Part shown: piece by piece, positions 1-7,736 of the stretch
How the letters are laid out: every line of letters starts with the position of its first letter
Numbering within the stretch: position 1 is the stretch's first letter
Assembly (NCBI GenBank): GCA_947625435.1
Contig: CANQOI010000003.1
Location: 1,591 to 65,590 of the forward strand
Reading direction: 5' to 3'
Origin: an uncultured Clostridia bacterium
GTDB taxonomy: Bacteria > Bacillota > Clostridia > UBA1212 > UBA1255
DNA length: 64,000 nucleotides
Notes under the pieces: generated by a model
Database searches by the model: none
The model's input: the letters and a program-made list of their open reading frames with translations, nothing else
What the model was told of the DNA's origin: nothing
Translations under genes and position numbers: made by a program

Positions 1-1219
1 TGTTGAAGATGCCCTTTATGACCTCGAGCTGATTGCGCCCGCGCTGCGGCTCCTCTCCCGGTATGGATTTTCTCTCGCGGCAGAACACGAGCGCCTTCCA
101 TCCGTCCATATAGTTCATGCCCTCGCTGAAGTAGACAGGCTCGCCCGTAAAATATGAGGTATACGAGTACTTCGAATATGCCTCTATCCCTCCGAGCGCA
201 TCCACTATTTTCTCAAGAGACGTAAAATTGACTCTTATCCAGTGGTCTATGTGTATCCCCTTGTACACATTCTGCTCAAGGGTGGCGATAGAAACGGAGC
301 AGTCGTTGTTGCCGTATATGCCGGCATGCGTGAGCTTGTCATAAGCGTCGCCCGTAACTCCGGGGAACTGAACGTATGCATCTCTCGGTATGGTAACGAG
401 CAATATCTTGTGAGTGTTCGGATTCACGGCCATCACTATGTTGACATCGCTCCTGCTCTTCTGATTTATGCTGCCGGAAACGTCTATGCCGCTTATATAA
501 AGTACAAACGGCCTTTCCGTAAGGGGCCCGTTGGGCGTCGCACCGGTCTGCCCGCTGTCCTGACCGGGATCGGTCTCTATATTTATTTCGACATCAATGT
601 CGTCCAGTATCCTGACATAGTTATCTATATTGTCACCGTTGTCGGCGTAAAAATCCCTGCGCATTCCGAAGAAATTCGTATCCATGAGTATCGCGCGCGT
701 TTCATCGCTGTTCATGAATGCGTTCCACATATCGTCGTAGCTGTCGTACGCGACAATGTTTATTGTGTGGCTCAGTCTTGCGGCGAGTCCGTCCATAGCT
801 TTCTTTATGGCATCAAAATCGTGATTGTTCTCCACGCCTATCTTATCGTTTGCAATGTCTTCTATCTTCTCTGCGCTGTCGTCAAGCTTGACTACAACGT
901 GATATTTGACAATATATGTCGATCCGGGCGTCGTCACTTTGTCTATGCCGCGGTTAAAAGGATTCACGTACTTAAATGACAGTACCGCAAGTACGACCGA
1001 CATGAGCAGTGAAAATACCATGCCTACCGCAACCAGCGGACGCGATCTTGATATGACGAGCACAGCCGATATTATCAACAAGAGCAGAAGTATGAGCACG
1101 ACAAAAAAGATATAAACGCTCCTGAGTATATCTGTTTTTATTATGCAAACGACAGCTGTTATAGAAAAGATCAGCTGGAGCAGAAAACCTATGATACCTG
1201 TTATCTTGATATTTTTCAT
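1..1219 (-). CDS. LytR-CpsA-Psr (LCP) family cell-envelope polymer transferase, partial (start at 1219, C-terminus beyond window edge)
   Basis: I translated the minus strand from the ATG at 1219 myself, since the track gives no M-to-stop ORF here. The product runs MKNIKITGIIGFLL... with a TM helix, then an LCP-like core (NIVMAVNPNTHKILLVTIPRDAYVQFPG...DKLTHAGIYG...IDHWIRVNFTSLEKIVDALGGIE). The plus-strand ORF 242-979 is antisense to this gene. Confidence 0.75.
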   Translation of the reverse strand, partial: MKNIKITGIIGFLLQLIFSITAVVCIIKTDILRSVYIFFVVLILLLLLIISAVLVISRSRPLVAVGMVFSLLMSVVLAVLSFKYVNPFNRGIDKVTTPGSTYIVKYHVVVKLDDSAEKIEDIANDKIGVENNHDFDAIKKAMDGLAARLSHTINIVAYDSYDDMWNAFMNSDETRAILMDTNFFGMRRDFYADNGDNIDNYVRILDDIDVEINIETDPGQDSGQTGATPNGPLTERPFVLYISGIDVSGSINQKSRSDVNIVMAVNPNTHKILLVTIPRDAYVQFPGVTGDAYDKLTHAGIYGNNDCSVSIATLEQNVYKGIHIDHWIRVNFTSLEKIVDALGGIEAYSKYSYTSYFTGEPVYFSEGMNYMDGWKALVFCRERKSIPGEEPQRGRNQLEVIKGIFN

Positions 1220-1410
1220 TTGTTATTACCTTCCGTTTCACATCGCGTACACAGGCACGCATGCATAGCTTTGTGCGTGCGTATCAAGACGCAGTGCTTA
1301 GATTAGTCCCATATACATGATTTGTCAAGTTAAAAACAGGTGACGGAAAATCACGATCATGTTTGACCTCTTTAATGTTTTATGTTATATTTCGCGATGG
1401 AGTGATTTAA

Positions 1411-1926
1411 TTGTATTCAAATTGGTATGTTATACAGGTACTTTCTAATAACGAATACAGGCTGTGCAGCAAGATAAACAACCGCATAGACCGCAGTCTG
1501 TACGCGGAATGTTTTGTTCCGCAGGCCGAGTATGTATATAAGTCGAACGGGAACGTCCATACGCGCGTAAGGCCGCTGTTTCCCGGATACATTTTTGTCA
1601 TAACCGATACGGTGGAGGATTTCTACAATCGACTCAGATTGATAGACGGCTTCAAGCGTTTTCTGAAGGACGGGAATTTTTTTACGTCCATAACAAACGA
1701 GGAGGCCGCATTTATCGCGGGTGTGACGGACAATGAGCACAGCGCCAGCATGTCCGAGGGGTATATACTCGATTCAAAGGTTTACATCACATCGGGTCCT
1801 CTCATGGGCAAGGAGGGCGCCATCAAGAAGATCGACCGTCACAAGAGGATCGCCCTCATCGAATTTTCTTTTATGGGCAATCCCGTCCAGATAAGGATGC
1901 CGCTCGAGATCGTGAGCAAGCTTTGA
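1411..1926 (+). CDS. NusG-family specialised paralog (LoaP/UpxY-like transcription antiterminator)
   Basis: 171 aa. N-terminal NGN-like WYVIQV motif and C-terminal KOW-like GPLMGKEGAIKKIDRHKRIALIEF. Divergent from the LCP gene. Confidence 0.6.
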   Translation: MYSNWYVIQVLSNNEYRLCSKINNRIDRSLYAECFVPQAEYVYKSNGNVHTRVRPLFPGYIFVITDTVEDFYNRLRLIDGFKRFLKDGNFFTSITNEEAAFIAGVTDNEHSASMSEGYILDSKVYITSGPLMGKEGAIKKIDRHKRIALIEFSFMGNPVQIRMPLEIVSKL

Positions 1927-2013
1927 TACGATGCTGCGCCCGGCGTGCCTCCCCATGCATTTTCATCATAAAATAATATAAATAATGTATGTGAAATGCA
2001 GGAGGTAAAATGT

Positions 2014-2535
2014 ATGCGCACCACTCGCATCTGTCTTGTTGACAAATTTTTATTGGTCTTTTTGTCGGCACTTTTTATATACACGGCTTTCACACTTTTC
2101 ACGGGTACTATCGTAACGGAGAGCACTAAAACTGTCGACATACTGGTAAGAGCTTCATCGGCATCTATCTTCGGTTATTTTATAAGCAGCAATTTTGTAA
2201 AAAGTCACAGCGACAGCGGCATGGGCAGCCCGGAGGCCGCCGGCACCGATCAGGTTGCCGGCTGCGGCAATGACGGCACGGGCAGCAATGAAGGTACAGG
2301 CGGCACCGGCGCTGCGGAGACAGCAGCGCCTGCGCCGCAGGCGCCCGATCAAGTTAAATGCAATTCTCCGCAGGTGATAATCGTATCGCTGATAGGTCTT
2401 GTATCCATGATACTGATGTTCCTGTCAAACAAATACGCCGATGCCGCGCCGCACGCCGCAGCAACTATCGCGCAGCTCAGAGACTTTGTATCGGCGTGCG
2501 TCGGTTACCTCGTGAGCTGCGGCAAGTCTCACTGA
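2014..2535 (+). CDS. hypothetical membrane protein with Gly/Thr/Ala-rich low-complexity linker
   Basis: The ORF track starts this ORF at 1996, but the ATG at 2014 sits 8 nt after AGGAGG. Two hydrophobic segments flank a GTGGTGAAETAAPAPQAP low-complexity stretch. Confidence 0.4.
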   Translation: MRTTRICLVDKFLLVFLSALFIYTAFTLFTGTIVTESTKTVDILVRASSASIFGYFISSNFVKSHSDSGMGSPEAAGTDQVAGCGNDGTGSNEGTGGTGAAETAAPAPQAPDQVKCNSPQVIIVSLIGLVSMILMFLSNKYADAAPHAAATIAQLRDFVSACVGYLVSCGKSH

Positions 2536-2617
2536 CATCAGAATGAAATGCATGTAACGAAGCCTTTTGATCGTTCATAGTATAATTAGTGAATTGATTT
2601 TACAAGAGGCTGAGAAA

Positions 2618-3490
2618 ATGGACGCACAAAAGAAATACAGGTTTTCCGTAGCGGGCGGTGATATGAGAAATGCGGATCTTGCGGAGCTGCTCGCGGCGGG
2701 CGGACACGACGCGTACACATTCGCTTTGGGCAATGCCGGTAAAATGAGCGGCCGCTGCTCAAACCTCGGCGAAGCGGCGGCGCTTTGTGATATTTTGATA
2801 TGCCCGATACCTTTTTCGACCGACGGAATATATCTTAACGCTCCTTTTCACACGGAAAAGATCAGTCTTCAGTCCGTTTCAGACATTTTACGTGAGTCCG
2901 GATTCGGAGGATTGCTCATAGGCGGACGCATACCGCAGGAGATCGTATCAACAGGCGTTGATTGCGTTGATATCCTTATGAGAGACGACCTGGCCATACT
3001 GAATTCTGTCCCCACCGCCGAGGGCGCTCTGCAGATCGCCATGGAGGAGCTTCCGTATACTGTTCACGGCATTAAAGCCGTGGTGTGCGGGATGGGGCGC
3101 GTGGGCTCCGCTCTTGCAAGACTGCTCGTAAAAGCGGGCGCGGATGTCACTGTTTCCGTGAGGAGCAGCCGGGACGCGGCTGTCTGCGAAGCGGAATGTA
3201 TCAAAAGTACATCTTATGAGGATCTGGCCGACATTTTGCCGGACGCTATGCTCGTATACAATACGGTGCCGGCAAGGGTGATCGACAGCCGCCTTTTGGA
3301 CGCGGCCAACGAAAATGCTCTTTTTATCGATCTCGCGTCGGCGCCGGGAGGCATCGATTTTGACTATGCCGCTTCCAGACACCTGCGTGTTATACACGCT
3401 CTTTCTCTTCCCGGGAAGGTGGCCCCGGCAGGTGCGGCTCAGATTCTGCAAAAGGTTATATTCAACGTTCTTCGCGAGAAAAATATGTGA
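2618..3490 (+). CDS. dpaA: dipicolinate synthase subunit A (SpoVFA/DpaA)
   Basis: Rossmann motif VCGMGRVGSALARLL. Strong similarity to B. subtilis SpoVFA (NSVPTAEGALQIAMEEL..., LASAPGGIDF..., LSLPGKVAPAGAAQIL). The ATG at 2618 follows GAGGCTGAGAAA. The spoVFA-spoVFB gene order is conserved. Confidence 0.85.
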   Translation: MDAQKKYRFSVAGGDMRNADLAELLAAGGHDAYTFALGNAGKMSGRCSNLGEAAALCDILICPIPFSTDGIYLNAPFHTEKISLQSVSDILRESGFGGLLIGGRIPQEIVSTGVDCVDILMRDDLAILNSVPTAEGALQIAMEELPYTVHGIKAVVCGMGRVGSALARLLVKAGADVTVSVRSSRDAAVCEAECIKSTSYEDLADILPDAMLVYNTVPARVIDSRLLDAANENALFIDLASAPGGIDFDYAASRHLRVIHALSLPGKVAPAGAAQILQKVIFNVLREKNM

Positions 3491-3514
3491 TTTTTTATAT
3501 GAGGGGTTGGTAAA

Positions 3515-4099
3515 ATGTTCGAATGTTTCGATGGGCTGCGCGTCGGGCTCGCCGTAACGGGCTCGTTCTGCACTCATAAAAATATTGCCGCCGTTGCTGA
3601 CAATCTTGTTAAGCGCGGCGCCGTTGTTTTTCCGATACTGTCATATGCCTCCTCTGAAACGTCTACGAGATTCATGTCAAGAGAGGAGCTGTATGATACG
3701 CTCGTGAGCATCACGGGGCACGAGCCCATTTGCACTATAAAGGAAGCGGAGCCTATCGGTCCCAAGAAGCTGCTCGATGTGGTGGCCGTCGTGCCCTGCA
3801 CGGGCAATACTATTTCTAAGCTCGCAAATTCCATTACCGACACGCCTGTTCTTATGGCGTGCAAGTCGCATCTGCGAAATAACAGGCCGATCGTCATTGC
3901 GGTCTCTACCAATGACGGTCTGTCAGGCAATGCCAAAAACATAGGTACGCTGCTGGCCATGAAGAATTTCTTTTTTGTTCCCTTCAGGCAGGACGACAGC
4001 GTTAAGAAGCCTTTTTCTCTCATGGCCGATTTTTCGCTTGTGAACGAGACTATCGCCATGGCTCTCGAGGGCTCCCAGCTGCAGCCTATCCTGCTGTAG
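3515..4099 (+). CDS. dpaB: dipicolinate synthase subunit B (SpoVFB/DpaB, flavoprotein)
   Basis: 194 aa. GLAVTGSFCTH..., PCTGNTISKLANSITDTPVLMACKSHLRNNRPIVIAVSTNDGL, FFVPFRQDD and QLQPIL are near-identical to SpoVFB motifs. Confidence 0.9.
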   Translation: MFECFDGLRVGLAVTGSFCTHKNIAAVADNLVKRGAVVFPILSYASSETSTRFMSREELYDTLVSITGHEPICTIKEAEPIGPKKLLDVVAVVPCTGNTISKLANSITDTPVLMACKSHLRNNRPIVIAVSTNDGLSGNAKNIGTLLAMKNFFFVPFRQDDSVKKPFSLMADFSLVNETIAMALEGSQLQPILL

Positions 4100-4180
4100 G
4101 CTGTCGCCGCAGGCTGTTCTTCTGCGGGCTGTTCCGCTAGGGCTGTTCCGCTGCGGGCAGGGCGGGGTAAAATGCAATAA

Positions 4181-4220
4181 GGCGGCCGCTCACGCGCGCG
4201 GCCGCCCCGGGGTTTATATA
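4181..4220. terminator. GC-rich hairpin between convergent dpaB and glpQ-like genes; likely bidirectional terminator
   Basis: Stem GGCGGCCGC (4181-4189), 8-nt loop, then GCGGCCGCC (4198-4206), followed by CCGGGGTTTATATAATATTTT. It sits between two convergent genes. Confidence 0.5.
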
Positions 4221-4225
4221 ATATT

Positions 4226-4975
4226 TTACTCGTGCATGCCGTTTTTACGCAGCATATCCAGCACTCTGTCGGGAACGTTCGTTATTATTCCGGTTACGCC
4301 GAGCTCCATCGCGCGCTCTATGTCCTGCGGTGCGTCGACTGTCCACACGTTCACGTCTATACCGTTTTCACGGCACTTGTCCACTATTTCTTTATCCATG
4401 CAGTTTATCTCGGGATGTATGATATCCGCCTTATAGCTCCTGACAAATGCCACTGTCTCGTCCGGCGTCATTTTATGCCCGTACAGGAGCGCCGTCCTGA
4501 GATCGGGATGTGCTTCTTTGAGTTCTTTAAGCGACTTGTGGTCAAAGCTCGATATTATGGTGCGCTCCACACATGAATGTTTCACAAGTGAGTCGTACAG
4601 ATGATCAAACGCGAACGGCCTGTCGTCTTTCGGCATGAGCGGCTTTAATTCTATGTTTATCACACGCATGCCGTCCACTATATCGAGGAATTCTTCCAAT
4701 GTGGCTATGTGTGTGCCTTTGTATTTTTCGTCTGTACGTACCCCGAAGTCGTACTGCATGAGCTCTTCGTAGGTCATGTCGCATATCTCGCCCGTACCTG
4801 TCGACATTCTGTTTATATTGCCGTCGTGGCTCAGTACGTATATGTTGTCTTTTGTAAGACGTATATCGTTTTCGACACCGTCGGCTCCCATTTCAACCGC
4901 AAGTCTGAATGACGGCGCAGTGTTTTCCGGCGCGTAAGCCGAAGCGCCTCTGTGCGCCTGTACGTTTATCCTCAT
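4226..4975 (-). CDS. glycerophosphodiester phosphodiesterase (GDPD family)
   Basis: 249 aa. N-terminal HRGASAYAPENTAPSFRLAVEMGADGVENDIRLTKDNIYVLSHD is a typical GDPD/GlpQ-UgpQ signature. Confidence 0.8.
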   Translation of the reverse strand: MRINVQAHRGASAYAPENTAPSFRLAVEMGADGVENDIRLTKDNIYVLSHDGNINRMSTGTGEICDMTYEELMQYDFGVRTDEKYKGTHIATLEEFLDIVDGMRVINIELKPLMPKDDRPFAFDHLYDSLVKHSCVERTIISSFDHKSLKELKEAHPDLRTALLYGHKMTPDETVAFVRSYKADIIHPEINCMDKEIVDKCRENGIDVNVWTVDAPQDIERAMELGVTGIITNVPDRVLDMLRKNGMHE

Positions 4976-5119
4976 TTCAGCTACCTCCCGTTTAGTTCTT
5001 TTATACGGGACGAATTATAGTCTTTAATACTCATATTATCAAGATTTTTATTCCGCACCGGCGGCGGCGATAAATCAGTTATGGATTTATAAACTAAATA
5101 TTGTAAAATTTTTCTGTGA

Positions 5120-5165
5120 TTTTGCCTTTATAATTTGACAATCCGGTTATAATATGATAGGATAG
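5120..5165 (+). promoter_or_regulatory. candidate sigma-A-type promoter region for the ATPase/RloB module
   Basis: TTGACA at 5135-5140 and TATAAT at 5148-5153 cannot both be used because the spacing is wrong. The alternatives are TTGACA-17-TAGGAT, or a weak -35 with TATAAT. A strong RBS (GAGAGGAG) lies 8 nt before the ATG at 5194. Confidence 0.3.
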
Positions 5166-5193
5166 CAATGTAAAAAAGAGAGGAGATCATTAT

Positions 5194-6402
5194 ATGATCT
5201 GTCAATTTTCATTCAGGAATTTTATGTCATATAAAAATGAGGCTGTATTTGATTTCCAGGCAGCAGCTATTCCCGAGTTGTCCGACAGCGTTATTACGGG
5301 GGATAAGATGTCTGATCTTCTCCCGGCCTGCGTGATATACGGCCCAAACGGAGGCGGAAAGTCTAATCTGCTCAAGGCATTTGCCTGCCTTGTTTGTACT
5401 GTTGTAAAGCCCGTTGCAGATCTCGGAAAGACAAGGGAGGCTTTAATATTGCAGCTTGGGGCAGACTGCATTCCGTTTTTGCTCGATGACAATTCGCGGG
5501 ATGAGAGCACCATGTTCCGAGTTTATTTCCGCACTGACGGCAGCGAATACCGGTACAGCTTGGCTATAAATAAAGACGAGATAGTATCCGAATCTCTTTC
5601 ATGGAGAAATATCGGAGGGAAGAAAACAGGCGTTGTCTTTATAAGAAACTTTAGTGACATAGACCTCGGAGCCAGCATTAATAAGACAAGTGTCAACAAA
5701 CAAGTTAACCCCAAGATGCCTTATCTGTCTTTCCTTGCTATCAATTATGATTTTCCGGTCATAGCAGAGGTAATATCATGGTTTGAATCATGTATTATTC
5801 AAAGTTATGCCAATACGCATGTCGACAGCAGGATATTCTTTACAGATGAGAGCAACAAAAAGTCGATCATCCGAGCTTTGAATGATCTGGATATTGATAT
5901 CGCCGATTACAGATTCAGTGATGACAAGAAGCAAATGTATACTGTCAGAACAGTAAATGAAAAATCATATGAACTGCCTTTCGAATACGAATCCGACGGC
6001 ACAAGAAAGCTGCTTACAGCTCTTCCTATCATACTGATCGCACTTCGTTACGGAAGATTTGTTGTTATAGATGAGCTGGATGCCAAACTTCATCCGAAGC
6101 TCCTTCGTTATATAATCAAGCTCTTTCACAACCCCGAGATCAATAAAAACGGAGCCCAGTTGCTTTACACCTCTCACGATCTGACTACCATGAAGAATGA
6201 TCTGTTCCGCAGAGATGAGATATGGTTTGCATGTGAAAATGATTCTCATGAGAGTGAAATATATTCATTATATGATATTCGCGACGAAAATGACAAACAC
6301 GTCAATAATACCGCCGCATACGATAAGCAGTATATAGAAGGAAGATACGGCGCCGATCCTTACCTGCAGAATATTTTAGGAGGCGAATGGAATGAGTCTT
6401 AA
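5194..6402 (+). CDS. ABC-type/AAA_21-like ATPase (RloA/AbiLi-like, OLD-family ATPase-domain-like); candidate anti-phage system ATPase
   Basis: 402 aa. RecF/SMC-like N-terminus (FSFRNFMSYKNEAVFDF), Walker A (GPNGGGKSNLLKA), signature-like ESDGTRKLL, Walker B/D-loop (RFVVIDELDAKLHP) and H-loop (LYTSHD). A 60-mer sampled inside the island gave ~35% GC, against ~52% for one sampled in nifJ. Confidence 0.8.
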   Translation: MICQFSFRNFMSYKNEAVFDFQAAAIPELSDSVITGDKMSDLLPACVIYGPNGGGKSNLLKAFACLVCTVVKPVADLGKTREALILQLGADCIPFLLDDNSRDESTMFRVYFRTDGSEYRYSLAINKDEIVSESLSWRNIGGKKTGVVFIRNFSDIDLGASINKTSVNKQVNPKMPYLSFLAINYDFPVIAEVISWFESCIIQSYANTHVDSRIFFTDESNKKSIIRALNDLDIDIADYRFSDDKKQMYTVRTVNEKSYELPFEYESDGTRKLLTALPIILIALRYGRFVVIDELDAKLHPKLLRYIIKLFHNPEINKNGAQLLYTSHDLTTMKNDLFRRDEIWFACENDSHESEIYSLYDIRDENDKHVNNTAAYDKQYIEGRYGADPYLQNILGGEWNES

Positions 6403-7069
6403 GCCGACTAAAAAAACGGATCTTGGCAAGGACTGGCTTAAAGGCCGTGAGGCGCGGTCAACAAGAGTAAGACTCAATCCCGAATATCATCTTATTGTCA
6501 CTGAAGGAATTGATACAGAGCCGAGATATTTTGAAGCTATAAAAAACGAGATAAATAAGAATTTCAAAGACCGTATCAGCTTCGAAATAATCGGTACGGG
6601 AGATAATACAATCAGTCTTTTCAAAAAAGCTAAGTCCATCGTTGACAAAAGTCCCAATGGATTCAAGCACGTTTGGATCGTATACGATACCGACGACTTT
6701 CCACGGGAAAACATAAATCAAACTTTTGAGTTATGTAAGTCAAGCTCCACCGACGAAACAAAGTATCATGCTTTATGGTCTAATCAATGTATTGAACTCT
6801 GGTTCCTGCTTCACTTTGCCTACTATCATTCGGACATACACAGAACTGAGTATTGGCCGAAATTGACTGAACACCTAAAAAAAATCAATGCCGGAGAGTA
6901 TACAAAGGATCGCGATGATATGTATCTGATTTTGAAGCCGTTTGTTGATACTGCAATAAAAAATGCAAAAAAACTTGCATTTAGAAATCAAGGAAAAACA
7001 CCGGCAGAATCAGCCCCAGGCACTGAGGTATATCAGATCATTGAGATGCTTAAACCGTTTCTAAACTAA
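6392..7069 (+). CDS. RloB-family protein (TOPRIM/OLD-nuclease-like); partner of the ATPase
   Basis: 225 aa. N-terminal HLIVTEGIDTEPRYFEAIK matches the RloB I(V)CEGEKTEPNYF motif. HVWIVYDTDDF and ALWSNQCIELWFLLHF match the RloB WIVFDxDD and NPCFElWlllHf motifs. The start overlaps the ATPase stop by 11 nt, and AGGAGG lies 9 nt upstream. Confidence 0.8.
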   Translation: MSLKPTKKTDLGKDWLKGREARSTRVRLNPEYHLIVTEGIDTEPRYFEAIKNEINKNFKDRISFEIIGTGDNTISLFKKAKSIVDKSPNGFKHVWIVYDTDDFPRENINQTFELCKSSSTDETKYHALWSNQCIELWFLLHFAYYHSDIHRTEYWPKLTEHLKKINAGEYTKDRDDMYLILKPFVDTAIKNAKKLAFRNQGKTPAESAPGTEVYQIIEMLKPFLN

Positions 7070-7087
7070 ATGGATAGGAGATCACAC

Positions 7088-7267
7088 ATGAATGTAACCT
7101 TTGTAAATCCCGGAGTGGATTATATGATTTCGCGGATCATGGAGTCCCAATCCGAAGGTGAGTCCGCATTTTGGTCAGACCCTTTATTTCATTTCTTTCC
7201 TAAACTCGACAAAGCCCATGTCGACAGTCTTCCTTTTTCAACGATCTGCTGTGTAATGTCACTATGA
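7088..7267 (+). CDS. hypothetical small protein (59 aa) in the defence-island operon
   Basis: The ATG at 7088 is preceded by GGAG with a 7-nt spacer. The reading frame is open from the RloB stop. It is AT-rich and I recognise no domain. Confidence 0.3.
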   Translation: MNVTFVNPGVDYMISRIMESQSEGESAFWSDPLFHFFPKLDKAHVDSLPFSTICCVMSL

Positions 7268-7662
7268 ATCCGATCGAACCGCGTTTTCTCAAGGAGCATC
7301 GCTTTGATGTTTTTTATCTGAACAGCGAAAAAGGAGCTATCGGTGAAAGTATACATGAAATCGTGCACTTTATGTGGTTTTATGTATGGAATCAGTTGTT
7401 CGGTGACGATTACGATGAGTACGAGCGACCCTCGCTTAACCGGCTCAGTTCAATCAATCCTTACTTTCCCGGAGAAAACGGAGGATGTATATATCCCTGT
7501 TTCTTTGATATGAAGGTGAACGGTGTGCTGATACCGGATACGCTCAATACCATGTATAAGTCTCAGAGTATTGAAAATTTCATGCGCAACAGTTTTGCTT
7601 ATTGCAAGGAACACGAGACTGAAATCAGAGAGCACATGATCAAATCAAACGGAGCGGTATGA
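7264..7662 (+). CDS. hypothetical 132-aa protein with HExxH motif (possible small metallopeptidase-like protein)
   Basis: An ATGA overlap with the preceding ORF suggests translational coupling. HEIVH falls at residues 31-35 (GESIHEIVHFMWF), and there is a Cys pair (GGCIYPCFF). A terminator hairpin follows. Confidence 0.35.
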   Translation: MNPIEPRFLKEHRFDVFYLNSEKGAIGESIHEIVHFMWFYVWNQLFGDDYDEYERPSLNRLSSINPYFPGENGGCIYPCFFDMKVNGVLIPDTLNTMYKSQSIENFMRNSFAYCKEHETEIREHMIKSNGAV

Positions 7663-7675
7663 TAAATTCCCGTTA

Positions 7676-7709
7676 AGGAACGGCATGACCGAGATCATGC
7701 CGTTCCTTC
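7676..7709. terminator. strong hairpin terminating the island operon (also lies 3' of convergent nifJ)
   Basis: Perfect 14-bp stem AAGGAACGGCATGA / TCATGCCGTTCCTT with a 6-nt loop, followed on the plus strand by TCAGAATTTTATTGATTTTTC. Confidence 0.55.
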
Positions 7710-7736
7710 AGAATTTTATTGATTTTTCTTTACCGT

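Noticed and set aside
242-979. 245-aa plus-strand ORF in the track
   Set aside because: It lies antisense to the clearly recognisable LCP-family gene (minus strand, 1-1219). The product has no recognisable motifs and is probably spurious.
4976-5193. Direct repeats flanking the low-GC island, as att-site-like target duplications
   Set aside because: Comparing the left junction (4976-5193) with the right junction (7663-7736) showed only short T-rich similarity (TTTTTCT). No convincing duplication of 10 bp or more was found. No integrase or transposase gene is present either.
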